Shown in pieces: positions 1-12,580 of a stretch of 61,890 nt of DNA. The notes under the pieces were generated by a model. That model did not search any database. It was given only the letters and a program-made list of their open reading frames with translations, and was not told the DNA's origin. How positions within the stretch are numbered: position 1 is the stretch's first letter; each line of letters starts with the position of its first letter. Position numbers and translations under genes: made by a program. The stretch covers positions 1,557,476-1,619,365 of the forward strand of contig NC_057756.1 of NCBI RefSeq assembly GCF_004010195.1, given 5' to 3'. This DNA comes from Chiloscyllium plagiosum. Lineage: Eukaryota.

Positions 1-2098
1 TACATCCCACACGGACTCTGGAGCACCTTTAAACCAGCAGAGTTCGGACCCGAACAGGACAAACAGTGCAGACTATAGTTTCAAAAACACCAGCAACGGT
101 TGTCCTTCAAGATCCTCCGCTCCACGCTCGCAGCAATGCGCCGGCACCTAACCTCTCTACAGTCAGCCCTGCCTCAGTTGAGGGCCACACTCTCTCAGAA
201 TTGCAAAGGACCCACTCTGTACTACATCCTCAGGAGAATTCATACTCTCAACAAACAGTATTTCAACTCCACCTCAAACATCAAAACTGTAAGTACAATA
301 AACTTTTATCTACCCATCTCCATAACCAGCGCTCCTCAAACATTCCAGAAGATTCCCACAGCCTCTGGAACTGCTCGGACGCCATTAGCCATGCGGCTGG
401 TGCAGTTGCCGCACCCACGCTGATTGATGATGTCACTTCTGCTCCCATCATGGCCACTCCCACAGCCACTTCCGCCCCACACAATTCCTCATGCATCACG
501 CGTGACATCACTTCCGCCCCTCACATCATCGCGATGTTACATGCTCAATGACTTCCGCCACCCCGACTGCCATGCCCGCCACCACTTCCACCCCCACCAA
601 CACCACTCACCCTCATTCTGCTGACACGCCCCCCACAGATCACACTGTCACCAGTCCCGGCCCCCAAAACCCTGAGGGGAACACCACCCCTGCTCATGAC
701 TCCACCCCCATTCTCCCCACCATCACAACCACTCCAGTTACTGGCTCCGCCCCCACTCCCAGCTCCACACCCACACCAGATCCCAGCTCCCAGCCCTGCT
801 GAGTTTTCATCACCCCTCCATGGCCTCCCCCTCACTGAGGACGAACGATCAGTCCTCAGCAAAGGACTCTCCTTCATCCCCCTACATCCACGCATCAATG
901 AATTTAATACAAGCCGTGACGTAGAAGACTTCTTTCGCTGCCTCCACCTCCGAGATTTCTTTCACAATCAGGCCACCTTCCGAGGACCCCTTCGCCCACC
1001 TCCAACACACTGCATGCGCCTGGAAACCCCACGCTGGCCTATTACCTGTCCTCAACCTCTTCATTTCCAACTGCCGCCGGGACATTGACCGCCTCAACCT
1101 GTCTACTCCCCTCCCCCAATCCAACCTCTCACCCTCACAACCTGCAGCCCTTCAATCCCTCTGCTCCAATCCCGACCTCACCATCAAACCAGCAGATAAA
1201 GGGGGCACAGTGGTAGTCTGGCGGACTGACCTCTACACCGCTGAAGCCAAATGCCAACTCGAGGACACCTCTACCTACCACTCCCTCGACCATGACCCCA
1301 CCCCTCTTCACCACACCATCAACCCCCAGACCATACTGAACCTAATCACCTCAGGAGATCTCCCACTCACAGCTTCCAACCTCATAGTTGGGAACCCCAC
1401 ACTGCCAGGTTCTACCTCCTTCATAAGATCCACAAGTTTGACCACCCTGGCTGACCCATTGTCACAGCATGCTCCTGCCCCACTGAACTCATTTCTCGAC
1501 CCTGTCCTATCCCCCCTAGTCCAGGATCTCCTCACATGCGTTCGAGACAACACACACGCCCTCGACCTCCTCCAAGACTTCCGTTTCCCCGGCCCCCAAT
1601 GCCTCATCTTCACCATTGATATCCAATCCCTCTACACCTCCATCTGCCATGACCAGGGCCTCCAAGCCCTCAGTTTATTCCGCTCCCGACATCCCCAACA
1701 GTACCCTTCCACCGATACTCTCATTCGTTTGGCCGAACTGGTCCTCACCCTTAACAATTTCTCCTTCGAATCCTCCCACTTCCTCCAGACCAAAGGGGTA
1801 GCCATGGGCACACGTATGGGCCCCAGCTATGCCTGTCTCTTAGTTGGCTACGTAGAACGGTCGATATTCCGTAATTACACCGGCACCACTCCCCACCTCT
1901 TCCTCCGTTACATTGATGACTGCATTGGCACCACCTCGTGCTCCCACGAGGAGGTTGCACAATTCATCAACTTCACCAACACATTTCATTCTGACTTTAA
2001 ATTTACCTGGACCATCTCTGACATCTCCCTCCGCTTCCTGGACCTCTCCATCTCCATTAATGACGACCGACTTTACACTGACATTTTTTACAAACCCA
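1..2098 (+). mobile_element. Penelope-like retroelement ORF (N-terminal region + RT), disrupted, runs into gap
   Basis: Translations give SVLSKGLSFIP, IKPADKGG, FTIDIQSLYTSI, QTKGVAMGTRMGPSYACL and FLRYIDD, typical of PLE RTs; stops/frameshifts split the ORF. Confidence 0.9.
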
Positions 2099-2477
2099 NN
2101 NNNNNNNNNNNNNNNNNNNNNNNNNNNNNNNNNNNNNNNNNNNNNNNNNNNNNNNNNNNNNNNNNNNNNNNNNNNNNNNNNNNNNNNNNNNNNNNNNNNN
2201 NNNNNNNNNNNNNNNNNNNNNNNNNNNNNNNNNNNNNNNNNNNNNNNNNNNNNNNNNNNNNNNNNNNNNNNNNNNNNNNNNNNNNNNNNNNNNNNNNNNN
2301 NNNNNNNNNNNNNNNNNNNNNNNNNNNNNNNNNNNNNNNNNNNNNNNNNNNNNNNNNNNNNNNNNNNNNNNNNNNNNNNNNNNNNNNNNNNNNNNNNNNN
2401 NNNNNNNNNNNNNNNNNNNNNNNNNNNNNNNNNNNNNNNNNNNNNNNNNNNNNNNNNNNNNNNNNNATTTGTGGGTG

Positions 2478-2512
2478 GACTAGCTTTCGGTGCACTGCTC
2501 CTTCGTCAGGAG
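2478..2512 (-). ncRNA. Minimal hammerhead-ribozyme-like motif in PLE-derived repeat
   Basis: Minus strand reads CTGACGA-AGGAGCAGTGCACC-GAAA-GCTA; related copies at ~42812-42845 and (truncated) ~58078-58100. Confidence 0.55.
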
Positions 2513-2699
2513 ACTAGTGGGGCAGGATACTGAATTTATCGCAAAAGACCAATGTATCATGCAACTGATACGACATATTGAACAAATCCATTCACTTTGG
2601 AAGGAGAAACAGGAATACAGAATAATGGGATAATGGTAAGATTCTTGGCAGCGTGGAAGAGCAGAGAGATGTCAGTGTCTTTTTGCACAGAGCCCTGAA

Positions 2700-3137
2700 A
2701 ATTGCCACCCAGTACTTCCCAGGAGCTGAAAAACTAAGCCATGTTCTTCGTGACCTGCAACACATTGTCAATGAGGATGAGCACCTCGCCAAGACAGTCC
2801 CCACATCTCCATTGCTTGCTTTTAAACAACTGCCAAACCTCAAACAGATCATTGTTGGTAGCAAGCTGCCCGGCTTTCAGGACATCTCCATACAACCCCG
2901 TCACAGTAGGCGCTGCAAGATGTGTCAGAGTATGGACATGGATACAACCATTACACTTGGGGACACATCCCACCATGTACATGGCAGGTACTCATGTGCC
3001 TCAGCCAACATTGTCTATCTTAGATGTTGCAGGCAAGGTTGCTCTGAGGCATGGTACATTGGAGAAACCGTGCAAAGGCTACGGCAATGGATGAATGGGC
3101 AGCTCACAAAAATCAACAGACAGGAGTGTTCCCTCCT
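2700..3137 (+). mobile_element. Penelope-like GIY-YIG endonuclease fragment
   Basis: ANIVYLRCCRQGCSEAWYIGET...RLRQWMNG; closely similar to the minus-strand copy at ~58850-59270. Confidence 0.85.
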
Positions 3138-3342
3138 TAGGGGGGAGGGGGAGCAACCCGAAGTTGTGGTTCACATTGGCACCAATGACATAGGTAGGAG
3201 GAGGGCTGAGGATGTTAGGTAGGCTTTCAGGGAGCTAGGTTGGAAGCTCAGAGTTAGAACGAACAGAGTTGTTGTCTTTGGTTTGTCACCCGTGCCACGT
3301 GATAGAGAGTCGAGGAATAGGGAGAGAGAACAGTTAAATGCG
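3138..3342 (+). mobile_element. CR1 ORF1 (SGNH esterase) fragment
   Basis: GEGEQPEVVVHIGTNDIGR motif. Confidence 0.8.
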
Positions 3343-3344
3343 CC

Positions 3345-3440
3345 TTTATTCCTGATGAAGGGCATTTGCCCGAAAAGTCGATTTTACTGCTCCTCGGATG
3401 CTGCCTGAACTGCTGTGCTCTTCCAGCACCACTAATCCAA
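3345..3440 (+). mobile_element. Short PLE-derived repeat with hammerhead core
   Basis: CTGATGA-A-GGGCA-TT-TGCCC-GAAA-AGTC followed by the family tail ...GGATGCTGCCTGAACTGCTGTGCTCTTCCAGCACCAC; decayed copies at ~9820-9930(-), 20375-20480(-), 28975-29100(+), 33655-33770(-), 45428-45520(+). Confidence 0.7.
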
Positions 3441-4344
3441 AATATGCTGTGTCATATTAAAGTTCTACTTCTTTCACCATCATACACTGTTGCCACTGAT
3501 AACAGAGAGAATGTGATATAATTAATTGAAGCAGTATTATTTCATTTGGAATCACAACGGATGTATACCTTTCTCACTGTTAGATGTCTCTAACTATAGG
3601 TCTGTATTCAGCTTGGCACCCGGATCCAAACATGTGTTCCAGATAGCAATGCCTGCAAATATAATTACTATGAATTGCATGAGTACACATTCGTTCTCAT
3701 GGACTATAATAAGGGCACTTTGCCTGCACAGTCATCTCTATTCTACTTTATTGCTCAGAGCACATGTGAAAGATTATAAAAGTTTACTTGCCAACTGCAA
3801 TCTTCAACTGCAGCAGCATCTTTTTTTGGTCATAGAAACCACATGGAAGAAATAACCACTGGTGTGTTTTCTCTGAGGTAGCACTTCTGCTATCAGGGAT
3901 AAACCCTCTTTGAACAGTATTTTTATTACTTTACATTCTATTACTGATAACATTATTTTATACAGGTCTCAATGCGCTTTATGCATCTACTGTCTTCTGA
4001 CTCTGTCCAATTGTTCTGAATGGTGACAAACCAATATTACCTAGAATTTGGTACCACTTTGCATTCCACAATCTCGTTTAAATTCTGTCAGGAATACATG
4101 TTCTTTCACTCTTGTCCCCTGTTTTGGTTTCTTGTGAGTCATCCTCTTTCCTTCATTTTAGATGTCTTGGTCTTCTTCGTGTCTTCGCCTGTTCCCCTCG
4201 TTTCAATGATGAATGTTTCCTCTCGATTCCAAAAACTTCCTCGTAAAAAAAGTAGCTAGTTAGGAGTCTTTCCTTAACCTCGTTGCAGAAGTATTAAACA
4301 TTGTGACATTGATCCAAGAGAGTGGGCGCTGGAAGAGATATAAG

Positions 4345-4572
4345 AACGAAGAACAAAGAACAAAGAAAATGTACTGCCCAGGAACAGGTCTTTCGGCTCT
4401 CCAAGCCTGAGCCAATCCAAATGTACTGTCTAAAACTGTAGGTCAATTCCTAAGCATCTGTATCCCTCTGTTCCCCACCTACTCATGCATCTGTCCAGAC
4501 GCATCTTAAATGAATCTACCGTGCCTGCCTCTACCACCTCTGTTGGCAACGTGTTCCAAACGCCTACCACTG
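4345..4572 (-). mobile_element. CR1 3' end
   Basis: VWNTLPTEVVEAGTVDSFKMRLD plus (GAACAAA)n tail; matches 56070-56285. Confidence 0.85.
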
Positions 4573-4809
4573 GTGAGAGGATTTCTGCAATAGTGTTACA
4601 TATGTATTTAGTAGAGCCAGCATTAATCGTAACCATGTCGTTGCAAAGAAATTTCAAAAGTGCACTGCACAATTATGTGAAACATTGTCAAATTATCTCG
4701 AGTGCACAAGAGGTAGACAAAATCCAAGCAGTCCATTTCAGCCCGAGCTTCCGTCGATCATCAGGAATGACGGCATCGATAGACAACAGTGCTGTCCTAT
4801 AACAATTGT

Positions 4810-5510
4810 TCGTTAATAACCTGTTTACTAAATCTCAGTTTAGGTTTAGCCAAGGACACTCGACTTTGGAACTCAGTTCAGCTTTGATCCAATCATGAAC
4901 GAAAGAGCTTAACTCTAAATAGTGAGAGCGAATCCCTTTGACACGACGGCCACATCCGAACATGTATGTCATAAAGAAACCTTCAAGAAGATTGATGTCA
5001 ATGGGACCAACACCTTAAGGTTTCTCATTGTAATTATCTCAATACCAGAGCATCACTGCAGAAGGTTTCCTGGGCAATGAACTCGCAGAAATATCTTCAG
5101 TTCCTTCATCAGTGACCTCATCCTCTTACACATTGTAAAAAGTGGAGTTGCCCATTGATAGTTGTGCAACGTTCAAATGTATTCACAACTCTTGAGATAC
5201 AGATGCCTCTGTTCGTATTTATCAAAACCTCCTCAACATTCAGGTTTGGACTGATTTTGGCAAGAAATAGTCTTAACACATAATTATCTGGCAAAAGAAA
5301 GTGTAACACTTGTAGTCCAAGAAATAGCGAGGCCCCTCATTATTCCACGATATTGTCATCGTTGACTCCTCCGCCAGAAAAATACATTTGTAGAAAGTGA
5401 CCCCAAAAAAGCATGCAAGTACCACGGCTACAACCGACGTTCAAATGCTGTGGATTCTACAACAAATAACTTCCTTTCTGTTTCCTAAGTTCTGATCCAC
5501 TATTTCTTGG
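4810..5510 (+). mobile_element. Highly decayed CR1/L2-clade RT fragment
   Basis: Remnants of QFGFRQGHS...KELNS and later RT motifs with many lesions. Confidence 0.5.
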
Positions 5511-5519
5511 CCAATAAGG

Positions 5520-5843
5520 ATGAGCATTTTTATGTGTTATAAAGCAGTTTTTTTCTTAATGTGATCTCTGATGTTCGGGGAACTGTTCACGAGCGGAGTG
5601 ATACAGCACTCCATCAATACGCCTATATTCCAAATGACAGGCTTTGGGGTCCATGCATGCAATGCTTTCGCAGTTCCTTGATGTGCTTTAAGGTAGGCCA
5701 TCGGCCAGGGCTTGCTTAAAATTGCAAGTATAATAAAAGATCAGTTGATGTAAAACACGGCTGAGAGACTGTGACCAGTATTGGGCACCAGTGCGGAGTT
5801 TTTGTGTGGTGAAGTAGGTAGATCTTGAGCCAACATTATTCAC
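5520..5843 (-). CDS. Candidate terminal exon of the micro-exon coiled-coil gene (codes G-E-stop, then 3'UTR)
   Basis: Acceptor aattgcag|GT GAA TAA closes a phase-1 chain; left boundary approximate; only a variant poly(A) signal (CATAAA) seen near 5530. Confidence 0.4.
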
Positions 5844-6379
5844 CTGCAATTAGCATACACAATATTGCACACAGGAAAGTTTCTCTGAAGTGATGACAAT
5901 TGAAGTTCAATCAAGTAGTCACAGTTTGAGTTTATTTTTAGCCATTCTGCCTGTTGAAGTGGAAACTGGTCAAGTATACCTTACTGGATTTAAAATACCT
6001 TGCTCTAATTTTATGCATTTTCTCTAGCTGTTCCACAATGTCATTTAACAATGTGATTATATCCTATTTTATCCCAATATAATCATGGTCAATATATATT
6101 TATTTATCTTTTATTGTTATCTATCAACTTCTTCATATTACATTTACCATTTTTATTGTCACAGTCAAACTTGGTGCATTAATGTCAGTGTTACCTGGAA
6201 GCCCAAAAGATTGACTTCCTTATCTTGATCTACAGTATAATTTTCAGTTACAACGGTTTGCTAAATTAATATTCTGCATGTTGCATCACATAAGAACATT
6301 GCACAATTCGTAGAAATTCACATTTCTCATATGGTTTATCTTTACTTTTATTAAATTATGACTAATGCTGATATCACAA

Positions 6380-6930
6380 CGATAGCACAGTCAATAAAGC
6401 ACTCCAATGGCTCTATGTCCTTAAAAACAAAGTAAATTCGGCATTCTTGCCTTCAGATGCATCACCGCCCAAGATCAAAACAAGTTCCACAATGTTGTAA
6501 ACGCGACCCAGTTTATAAAACACACACGCACACAGATACACACACAAAGTAACCTTCCTTCGATTGACTGTATGTACACTGCCCATTCCACGGGAAAGCA
6601 GCCAACTTAATCAAACACTCCACCCTCCCTTCCCTCCGAACTGCACCCTGTATATACTGTCTTCCATCGGACAGACGTTTGAACATACATGCTAATAGAT
6701 TCAAGGGCCTCTTCTTCCAAGCTTTTATGAGACTTATGACTGGTCCTCTCCTGTGGTAGGACTGACTATTCTCTGAACCTTCTCTGTAGCTGTAGCACTG
6801 CATACTGCAACTGATCAATTCCCCCATATATTCGATGCATTTATATGTGATGCAATTTGTCTGGATAATACAGATGCCAAAATATTTCACTGTACCACGA
6901 TATCTGCGACAATAATACATCAAATTAAAT
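6380..6930 (+). mobile_element. Decayed Rex1/Babar-like LINE 3' end
   Basis: Resembles the C-terminal AQDxxKLQRVVNxAQ region and 3'UTR of the better copy at 24150-25095. Confidence 0.55.
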
Positions 6931-8090
6931 CAAAGATGATGAATGTTATTTAACATATAGTACCGAATTATTTTACAGTGTTATTTGTTTTCTCTGCAAT
7001 CTATGGGTATTCTCCCCATGTGCAGACTTTCAGTTAATATAAGTTACTGGTTGGATTGATATTTCATTATGACATATACTTATCCTTATGGATGTAACTT
7101 TTTATCATTTTAAAATAAACATTCCATTTACTGCTTAATGTTTACTGCAATTAACTACTTACAACTCTATCCCAACAATTCCCTAACAATAGTAACTAAA
7201 CACATTTTACACAGCAATTTATTATCTAAATTATACTTCTGCATAGATATAATGCAGTTAATTTAAGATTCCAAAATATCATTGAATGACATGAATTTTA
7301 CTTATGGAAATGAGTACCAGAGAATATTAAAGTAACTTGCAATGTCACAGATATAGAAGGTGCAACGTGGTCAAGAAACCTTGGTATATTTCGATTATTT
7401 TATTATAACTAACACCTGAAATCTGTCTGGGATCAACAGTAAAGTGTTAAACTTAATTTAGAGTCTGCACTTCCTATTTCGCAACTTTTGTTGTCATTAA
7501 CTCTATATTCTTATGAGCCTGTTACAGTGATTGAATTCAAACAATGTCTTCTGATATACATGCAAAAATATCCCTAGTTCATTGTTAATAATACAAACGT
7601 GATGCATCATGGAGTCATGAAAGAAAATCAGATCAGACAGAGAATGCGCAATATGCTAGTAGTTGATACTGTGAGAAAATCGTACTTAGTGTTTCATTTC
7701 TGTTATCACAATTTATAATTGGAGCATTAACAAATACAAAGAAATGGAAAGGAGGAGGGGCAACGAACAATAATTGCATTTTTGATGCATAATTAGTTAA
7801 CAAAAGTGATAATGTTGCAATGACTCGAAATATGAACAATGACATAGAGAAATTCTCGAGGATAAGTACAATAAATGAAAGCAGGATTACTCACAACAAA
7901 TGCAGTCCATATTGGGGTGGGGGGGGGGGGGCGGAGGGGGGGTGAAGGCAAATGGAAAGAGCCTTCTTCTATGTTTATTTATGATAAATGAAAATGAAGA
8001 TGAAGCAACTATTCAGTCAGATGCAATCTAATCAGGTCAGATAAAAAGAAATACTCAAGAAAAATATTGAGCAAATTTTGGAATGCATAC

Positions 8091-8117
8091 CTTTCTCCTT
8101 ACTTCTCAGTTTTTGTT
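8091..8117 (-). CDS. Micro-exon, 27 nt: EQKLRSKEK
   Basis: tttag|AACAAAAACTGAGAAGTAAGGAGAAAG|gtatgc; phase 1; similar to the 18590 exon (KLxxKEK). Confidence 0.8.
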
Positions 8118-9154
8118 CTAAATTTAATAAATAAGAAGTGTTATTGACATAAATGTGAAAATGCAATATATCCACAATAACTATTGCTTGAAACAACAGG
8201 CCGATGTATGTACATATCAAATTAAAACACAATTCTCGTGTTTCTTGAGTTCTGGATTACTTTATCTTCGTCATTAAACTTCTGAAATGACAATAATTGA
8301 TTTGTAGGACTTGTGAAACAACTGAGAATATCTCAATGATCATGTTAAAATATCGTGCAGCTGCCGTTTCGCTACTTTGCTAAATCATATATTCAGTCTA
8401 GGTTACGAATCTCATTTTACGCATGATTAACATACGGTCATAACTTTAATATGCATGAAGCAATGGACATGTAATTATGCAGAACGGAATTTTTGAAAAA
8501 AAAAGAAACAATTTGCAAGTATGCTTTCTTCACAATTTTTGTCGTTTCTGTAGAAGTTACGAAAATGACATTTCTTCCACAACAACTTGAATGTTAACAA
8601 AAAAAAGTTTTTTCCTTCGTGTGGAAACTTTTACGATTCTGTAGTATTGTTTGGTTGTGTGCCCGGTTCAAACAACGTTTGTACCCAGTTCCAGCAAAAC
8701 ATTTGAATTGCATAAACTTTGAAACGTTAAACCAGAATAAGAAAATAAATTTTCTCAATACTAATACTTGATTTGTTAAGACATGAATGCTCATTATATG
8801 GCTGGCCTTTTGTTTTCCCCCGCTCTTCCGATGGACCATTTATAACTTTATCAATCAAAATTTTATCCAGTTTTATCTTGAAAATATTCAATAAACCTGG
8901 TTCTGGTGGGTTTTCTTTTTTTTTGGGGGGGGGGGCGGGGGCAGAGAGAAGTCTAATGACAGACAACAGAGAGAAAGAAAAATAAGCAAATATTTCTCTA
9001 AAATAGTCCTCCTTATTTTTCGAAGCTCTCCATTCCAGAAGCATTCTCGAAGGGAAGTGATATCTTAGTATCCACTAAATGAGGTCTTTCCATCGTCATC
9101 CATTTTCAACAGATCACCTTTCACGCTTAAAAAATGCTTCAATGGATTAAATAA

Positions 9155-9470
9155 TCCCTACAATGTGGAAACAGGCCAGCTAGATCAACATGTCCAAACC
9201 GACACTCGACAGAGTAACCAATCCAGACCCATTCCTCTACCCTATTGCTCTAATTTATCCCCCTAAACAATGTACCTAACCTAACACATCCCTGAACACT
9301 ATGGGCAATTTAGCATGTCTAATTCACCGAAACTGCATATCTGTGGAGCCCTCAGTGGGTGTCCATGCAGACACGTGGATAACATACAAAGACAGTCATC
9401 CGAGACTGGAATCCAACCCAGTTCCCTGGTTCTGTGATGCAGCAGGGCTTACCACTTAAACACTGTACCG
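9155..9470 (-). mobile_element. HE1-type tRNA-derived SINE (decayed)
   Basis: Aligns by eye to 59545-59850 (GGGCAATTTAGCATG core, GTGGAAACAGGCC tail). Confidence 0.75.
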
Positions 9471-9989
9471 GTAACAACATTATCATTCAAATGCATAAAT
9501 AAAATGCTCAAATCTAGAACGACAGTACATATTGTTCAAGTTGACCTCATACGATGAACTCTCCACCTATAGTAATTATTGCAGAGACGACTCTCAAATC
9601 AGATTTAAATGCATGCAACGGCTTTGCCAAGTCACTGGAAATAAATTAAAACTGCTATACATAATGCATAAATAAAGAACAAAGAATTTAAAAAATTACA
9701 ACACAGGAACAGCCATTCACCCTCCTCGTCTGCACTGATCCAGATCCTCTGTGTAAACCAGTTGCCTATTCTCTAAGAATCTGTATCCATCTGCTCTATG
9801 ACCATTCGTGTACCTGGGAGGAAGTGAGGACTGCGAATTCGGGAGATCAGAGTCGAGAGCGTGGTGCTACAAAAGTGCAGCATCAGAGGAGCAGGTGAAT
9901 TGATGCTTCAGGCGCCGGCCCGACATCATCATTCGTACTTATATATGACATAAACTGGGATCTTCATTAACCCTGATTGCTTAAGATAT

Positions 9990-11820
9990 CTCATGACCCC
10001 TTTTAGTACTCTTAATTCCTCGTTTCAGATTGGTCCTTCTTTCCCAATATTCTTCCAAACCTTTGTCTGTTTTCTGTCACCGAGACCTTACATATGCTTT
10101 CTTTTGCCGCTTAGTTGGTCTCACAATTTCATTTATAATCTATGGTTCCATAATCTTGCCATTTTTAATCCCTCATTCTCAACGGGGCATGTCTGTTCTT
10201 CACTCTAATCAAACTCCCTTAAAAAACCTCCCACATAGCAAATGTGGATTTCTATTCAAACAGCTGCTTCAAATCCACATTCCCCAGCTGCTGCCGAATT
10301 TTGCGATCATTAGCCTTCCCCAAATTTAGCACTATTTATTTAGGACCGTCTTGACATTATCCATGAGTATTCTAAAATTTACGCAATTATGAAGACTATT
10401 CCCAAAGTAATCACTTATTGAAAATTCAGACATGTGGGTGCGCTCTATCACACGTTTCCTATTTCTGAGCTCTACTAATATTGTCTCACTGTTCGAGTCC
10501 TCCACAGTGCCCTCCGCCAGCAAAGCTGCCATATCCTCTCTGACCAGTAATGCAAAACCTCCACTCCTTTCATCTTCCTCTCTGTCCCGCCTGAAGCTTC
10601 GTTACCATGGGATAATTAGTTGCTAATCATCCCTTCCCTCAACAAAGTCTCAGTAATAGCGATAACGTCATATTTCTAGGTAATAAATTAAACCAAATAT
10701 CATCTGCCTTACCAACTACACTTCGGACATTAAAACAACTGCACTGCAAAGCCCCTTGTGTCTTTACAATCATCATTTGCTCCCTGCCTACTCTTCCCCT
10801 TTGTCACGTTAACTTCATTTTTTAGTTCCTGCAAAGCTTCAATTACTACCTCCTTACTGTCCACTAACTTCCTCAATTCGTTTTCATCCCCATGCCACAT
10901 TAGTTTCAACCCGCACCAACAGTGTAAGCAAAAACACCTCTTCAGACCTTCCTTCCAGTCTGGCCCAGGCTTGGCACATCCAACTCGTAAAAGTCCCAGC
11001 TCACCCAAAATCAGTCGCAATGTTACAAAAATCTGAACACCTTCCTTCTGCATCATATCTCAAGCCACACATTCATCCTTCCTATTGTTATATTTCCAGC
11101 CTGATGAGTATATAGCACTGGTAGCATGCTGAGATTACTACCTCTGAGGTCTTACTTTTTAACTTTGCTCCTAACTCGCTGAATTGTGTGTGTGGACCTC
11201 ATCTCATTTTTCTTAAACCTATATCATTGCTGCTTACATGCATCAAGGCAGCTGGCTGCTCATCCTCACCCTTCAGGATGTTATGTAGCAGATATGAAAC
11301 ATCTCTGACCCGTGAACCTGGGAGGCAACATACCATTCAGGAGTCTCGTTAAAGGCATATACACTTCCCTTGTAATTGAATCCCCGATGACTGTAGTCTT
11401 TCCACTCTTTTACCCTTAATTCTGTACTGCAGAGCCAGTTACGATGCCATGAACCTGGCTGCTGCTGACTTCTATTGGTGAGCCATCACTACCACAGTAT
11501 GGAATACAGTATACCTGCTTTGGAGGGATATGACCGCAGAGGACATCTGAAATGCCTTTCTTCTCTTTTTCTGTCTTTTATTTATCTATTCCTTCTCTCC
11601 CTCAGAAATTAGAATCTACAGTATTACTAATTCGCTAAACGTTCTATCCATGACCCCTTCAGCATCAAGGATGCTCCAAAGTGAGTCCACGTGCAGCTTC
11701 ATAGCTGTAATGCAGTCTAACAACAGCTGTAACTGGACACCTTTACTGCACGTGAAGGAGTCAACACCATCAACAGTGTCCCCCTGAGTTCCCACATTGA
11801 GTAAAATGAGCACAACATGG
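9990..11820 (-). mobile_element. Decayed CR1 (ORF1 + endonuclease, internally deleted)
   Basis: SETILVELRNRK, GNSLHNCVNFRILMD and ORF1-like LQLLLDCI...VMDRTFSELV remnants. Confidence 0.7.
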
Positions 11821-12544
11821 TGAGGCAGTTTTACAAATGGAATCAAGAATGGCTGTAAATTGTAAATGGGTCGTGGTGCTTTGGGGTAATATGGAAATTG
11901 GTGTATTCAGTTAGGAAAGATTAATTGGCATCACAAGGATGTAGCAATATTTCAAGAGATTGATTGAAGTGACTATCATTACTGTAGAACTTATCAATCT
12001 TGTTCAAAACACAGGAAAACATTGAAACCAGTGGAATTCACTAAACAGTTTGAAGCTAATTGAATTTGTTCCAATCAAGATCTTCATGAATCTGACGGAA
12101 CAGGAAATGACTGAATCCAAGTTACATCAGATCACTAACACCAACAAAAATGCATCCTGTTGGTTTCAAATGCTCATGAACAAAGTAATGTTATTTGGTA
12201 ATTTTACCCAGTTGCAAAATATGGTTTTGTCGATACATTTTCCTCTCTGCTCATGAATCTCTTAAGTTCATTTGTATGTAAGTAAATTATTTTGATTTTG
12301 TTATGAATCGGAATGATCTTTCATGGTTCCAGAGGGTGATACTGTGTACAAAAAAAGTACATGAACTAATACCACGGCATTGAAGATAAACCTCAATTTT
12401 GATTGCTCATATTAACTGGGAAGTACACCTTCATTATTTATAGCTTACGTACACCGTTTGTGCGTGCAACTGAAATACTTTATTTTCCCAACAATTTCAT
12501 ATGGTATCCTTAGAAATCTGATATAAGCTCTCTTTTTTGTTCAC

Positions 12545-12580
12545 CTGAATCTTGGCAAGTTTCTTTCAAAATTTTCTGTT
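12545..12580 (-). CDS. Micro-exon, 36 nt: EQKILKETCQDS
   Basis: ttttttgttcaatatcag|AACAG...GATTCAG|gtgaac; paralogous to the 15905 and 19674 exons. Confidence 0.85.

Noticed and set aside
5688..5843. Phase-0 reading VNNVGSRSTYFTTQKLRTGAQYW.. faintly like B30.2 (SGRHYW) or a C-type lectin start
   Set aside because: Only G and YW match, it stops after 51 codons, and the phase does not fit the phase-1 chain.
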